This document shows, one piece after another, positions 59,811 to 64,000 of a stretch of DNA of 64,000 nucleotides (positions are counted from its first letter, which is position 1; every line of letters begins with the position of its first letter). The stretch is from Emiliania huxleyi CCMP1516. Its lineage: Eukaryota. The position numbers and the translations under genes were made by a program. Location: NCBI RefSeq assembly GCF_000372725.1, contig NW_005201192.1, forward strand, positions 310,001-374,000, given 5' to 3'. The notes under the pieces were generated by a model. That model was not told the DNA's origin. It saw only the letters and a list, made by a program, of their open reading frames with translations, and ran no database searches.

Positions 59811-62800
59811 TCATCGAAGCAAATCTGTGGTGCGGATCGGTGCAAACCCCAGCTGCGGTAGATCTTCACACAGTAAAGCCAACGGGCCCCGCAGCGCGGC
59901 GTGCCGATACGCATCGAGCGCCCCCTCGCGCTCCCCAACCTGACACTTCCGGGGAGGCTCGAAGGGGGGAAGCGCCGCGCGGGAGAGCAGCGAGCAGGAC
60001 GACAGCGCGTGGAGCGTGAGCTCAGCGACCGCCTATTCACGCCAGGGAGCATGAGTGGCCGCGTCCCTCTACAAACCGCCAAAGCGGGAGCTCGGCCGTC
60101 GCCTTGGGTGGTACCTCGGCCCCAGCCGCTTGCGCGTTGTCTTTTCTCCACGCCGCGCGCCTACCCTCCCAGAGGTCGTGCAGCAGCCAGAGCTCGTCGG
60201 GCGCCTGTGTGTAGCGGTACGTGTGAAGGGAGGGTACTTGTGTAGCAGCCACGTCTTCGTCGTTCGTTGCCGAGAGGGCCGCGAAGCTGCAAAGCGCGAC
60301 ATGCGACTCGCCGCCGTCGCGCTCGGCCGCCTCGTCGACGGCGCGCACAGCGGCGAGGAGCGGCGCGGTGAGGGCCGGCAGCAGAAGCTCGGCTGGAAGT
60401 GAGGCGGCCGCCGCCGCCTCAGGCGCGTCCGGCTGCGCGGGGCGGAGCGAGAGGAGGAGGGACGGTTCCCTTGGAGGAACTGCCACCGCCGCCGCATGGG
60501 TGGGAAGGGCGAGCGGCCCCGACTGGAAGAGGTTGCCTCCACGCAGCGGCAGTGAGAGCGGCTCTGCGCCATGCTCGGCCGCAGGGCCGCCCGCCATGCC
60601 CTCCAGCACTGGGGCAAGGGGAAGGAGCGCGTGGGCCACAGTGACGCACTTGTGCGAGCCGCTCTCCCCCCCGCCTCCCGGCAGCGCTGCGAGGGTCGCA
60701 TTCAGCTCCACGAGAAGATGGACGTTCGCGACCGGCCGACGAGGCGCGTCGTGTGGTGGGAGGCGAAGGAGTAGCGTGCGATCTCGAGCTGCAATCTCCC
60801 AGGTGGCGCCCGCGCTGCTCCGCCCCACGGGCTTGCGGCAATCGACAGGGAGAGTCAGGATGTTGCCCCGGAAGGAGACACTCTCAGCAGCCGGGTCGGC
60901 GGACGCGGGAGGGGCGATGAATTCGACGAGTGCAAGGCGCAGCGTGCAGCGACTTACCTCACCCGAGCTGGGCAGTGGCACTGAGTTGATGTCTGCCAAC
61001 ACCAGCTCGTAGGTGTCTGCAGCTCCGCTCCCCACCGAAGCGGCTGACGCCAGCGGCGCGCCCCCGCCCAGCGCGCCGCCCACTCTCGGCACCAGCAGAG
61101 CGCCAAGGCTGTTGAGACCGAGCTGCGTCCGGTGTGCAAGCAACGCCGGCGTAGCGCCCGGCAGGACTGGCGCCTTGACTGGCGTGGTGCGGGCAGGCTT
61201 GACTGCTGCTGTTGGCTCGGGCGTCGGAAGAGGTTCGGGCGTAGGGGCGGGCCGATTGATCGCCGGATGAGGCGCCGCGCGCACAGTCGCCACGTTCTCG
61301 CTCGCCTGGCTCGTCGGCTCTGCGCTGGCCGGTGGCGGTGCCGGTGCGGGCGCCTCTATGGCGCTAGCCGGCGCCACCGTCACGACGCTGCCCACCGCAG
61401 AGACACCCCGTTCGTCCCTCCGACGCTGCCGCGTGGCGTTCACCGGAGCCTTCTCCGCGACCTCCGCTGCCTCAACCTCGTCGTCGATTTCGCGCAGGGC
61501 TTCGAGACCAAACACTGACATCGTGATTTCGGCCACCTTGACAGTGGGAGGATGTGCGGTGAGGGCGAGACGGCAAGAGTAGCGGCAGACACGGACCGAC
61601 CTAGTGAGGGCTAAGAGAGGGACAGACAGGGTGGAGCAGCAGCCGTGGGAAGAGTAGAGAGATGAGAAGGCAACATCAGTGGCTGGGCTCCCACACCTTC
61701 TCGCCATCTCCGTCGTCCGCCTAGGAAAGGGTCGGGTGAGGTGAACGTCTCACACGCTAGGGAGGGGCAAAGCCCGCGCGCTCGTCCGCCCTGACGTCGA
61801 GCTTGGCGCGGGTGAGCTCGCGGTTGGCGTCGAGCAGCGCCTCGAGCGAGTAACGTGCGAGCCCGAGCTCCTCCTCCTTCTTACTGTCCTTGGAGGTAGC
61901 CGTCAGCACAAATTGCACCTAAGGGACGCGTCGGTGGACGCGTTTGATGGATGGGTCAACGCGTCGTCGATGCGGCCCCTCGGCGCACCTCCGAGTCGGA
62001 CTCGTCTTCAGAGGCGAGGGCCTTCACCATCGCCGCGCGGAGGGGGCCGCCCCGCGCGAGTGAGTAGCGCTTCTCGAATGGCAACTTGGCGACCCCCGAC
62101 TTCGCATCGACGCTACCCCGCGGCGCCTGGTCGACGTGCGCACCGAGCACGTCGACGCTGCAACCCAACGTCGACTTCTTGCCCAATAGCTTGAGCTTAT
62201 CGCGCGCAGCCGCTGAGGTGACACGCGCACTCTCGAGTCGCACCTCGAGCGCTCGCTCCGCCGCCGCCGCCCGCGCGTGCGCGCTAGCAAGCGCTGCCTG
62301 GCCCCGCAAGGTCATAGTGAGGGTTCCCACGGACTGACCCTGCGTGTTGAGGACCTTCAGGTCTTGCCTACTCACAGCACGAAGGGGAGATCGTGCCTCA
62401 CTAGCCCTGTCTGCTAAGAGTGCGAGGTCATACCTCAGCGGATCGGTGGCCCCCGCGGCGACGAAGCCGCCGAGCGGGTAGCGGCAGAGCCCCACCTCCA
62501 CGTCCGCGCCAGAGGCGGGGTCCCTCTGCATGACGTGCAAATGCACCTCTCCGTCCTCCTATGGGCGTGACAGTCATTTGCTATGAGCGTAGTGTGGTTG
62601 CCCACGACACAACGCCGGCACAGCCGCCTCGTCGGTGCTGCTCTGGGCCGCAACGAGCGCGACTGCCAGCGGGGAACGGGCGTCGCAAGCATACCGTTGC
62701 TCGAAACCGAGTTGCATTGCCGTACCGGCGCGCGGCGTCGCCTCCGCTGTGCGCGCCTACAGCGACCGCGTCACACTTACAGCCATTGTAGCATGCAAGC

Positions 62801-64000
62801 CGATGGTTCTCGCCCTGACGCGCTTCGTCGGCGCCGAGCACGTCAACCGTCACCCACGTGGGCCATGCGCGCGGCGCCTCGAGCCGCAGACCACTCAGGC
62901 CGAGCGAGAGGTTGGTAGCAGCGGCCGCCACGCGCATTGCGCGCAGCGCTGCGAGCGCGCGGACACTTGCCGTGATTGCGCCAACCTCGACGCCTTTTGC
63001 GCCTACAGCTCAGTCAACCTCGCGTGATCTAGGCGATCCCCGTGATTGCGCCGGCTTCAGCCTATTGCGCCGAGTAGCTGTAGCTGGGCCGCCTCGAGGT
63101 CGTACCCCTTGTTCAGAACCTCGCGCAGCGAGATGCGTGCAACGCCCACCTCTGTCTTTCCTCGCATTGCATGCAGTACAACCTCGGGCGCCGCGGCGTC
63201 GGGCGAGGCGAGGCCGGCAGTGAGAGCACGCGCCAACTTCGAGCCCTGCCGCACGTCGAGCTGCTTCGACCAACTGATCGGGACGGCACCTCCAGCGGCG
63301 GGAAGAACGGACTCGCTGCGCGCCGAGAAGCAGCTCGCCACATCGATGAGCAGGCTCACGCCCTCCTTCCCCTTGGGCGGCTTCTTGAGTTGGAGGGGGC
63401 CAACCTTGAGCTCGACCTCCGATGCCTCCAGCTCGGCCTCGATCTGGAGCATGGGAGTGAGCGCCGCTATAGAGCACTCGAGCTCGCCCACCTAAGCGGC
63501 GGGCGGAAAGGGCTTGCGATCGGCCGCGGCGGCGCGGCGTGGGGCCCCTCTCCTTGCGGGATGGGCGGCAGGGATAGCACAACCTTTCTGGAGGACTTGC
63601 CCGCCGTGACGTCCAGGACGAGCGACGGCTGGTCGCGGCCCTGCTCGAGCAGCTCCTCCAACTCGTAGCTCGCAACGCCCAACTCGACCTCGCCGCCGGC
63701 GGCGTCGAAGCCGAGCACGGCAAAGAGCACCTCAGAGTCGTCCTTCCGGTCGGTGGTCCGCATCGCCTCCGTCACCGCCGCTCGGAGCTCTGTGTCGCGC
63801 CCCATGGGGTAGCTGTGGTCGAAGGAGAGTGCAGCGGCACCACTCTGCAGAGGGACAGGCTCCGAGCGAAGCGGCTCGTCCTCGCCGGGCAGGTCGAGCT
63901 CAATGCAAACGCTAACGGCCGCGCTGCTTCCGGTGAGCTTGAGGGAGGATAGGGCAATGCGCAGATCTCCAATTCCGGCGCTGGCCACATCGACCTTACT
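59811..64000 (-). CDS. Large ciliary transition-zone-like protein: at least 4 RPGRIP1-C-like C2 repeats fused to an NPHP1-like C-terminal domain (5' end outside the window)
   Basis: Repeats E(L/V)G.A..(S/E)L.E.L..G.D....L.V.....VG.(L/I)..S(I/V).AL; C-terminal SVPLP..LRLALV..GNILT..LLVEL..LRGGNLF..PSLLLSLR..ALPPF; spliced end ...APIRTTDLLR* at 59811. Confidence 0.75.

Overview
GC-rich eukaryotic DNA with short introns, many with GC-AG donors and a few with GA-AG donors. Gene content and style fit a haptophyte such as Emiliania/Gephyrocapsa huxleyi (inference). About 17 protein-coding genes can be read: a His-motif copper-monooxygenase-like protein, a Tat-signal thylakoid lumen protein, a MOSC/mARC protein, MANF/ARMET, a 3-RRM Gbp2-like protein, an O-methyltransferase, an ankyrin kinase ending in CaaX, a coiled-coil protein across a 100-N gap, a small membrane protein, PP2A B', an intronless CodA-like deaminase, an arylsulfatase, a Dpy-30/RIIa-like protein, a YtcJ-like amidohydrolase, a 2-TM SLATT-like protein, phospholipase B, and a large ciliary-type gene running off the right end. 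Intergenic DNA is dense with mobile DNA. It holds about 10 5'-truncated non-LTR retrotransposon 3' ends with (TTTC)n tails, several with TSDs and several just upstream of start codons. It also holds two CTGAG-terminal elements with exact 8-bp TSDs, a TA-TSD MITE, other TIR elements and decayed element ORFs. The highlights are an apparent fusion of tandem RPGRIP1-C-like C2 domains to an NPHP1-like C-terminal domain, promoter-proximal repeated LINE insertion, an intron apparently born by tandem duplication, and GA-AG introns. Protein family calls are made by eye from motifs, not from database searches.
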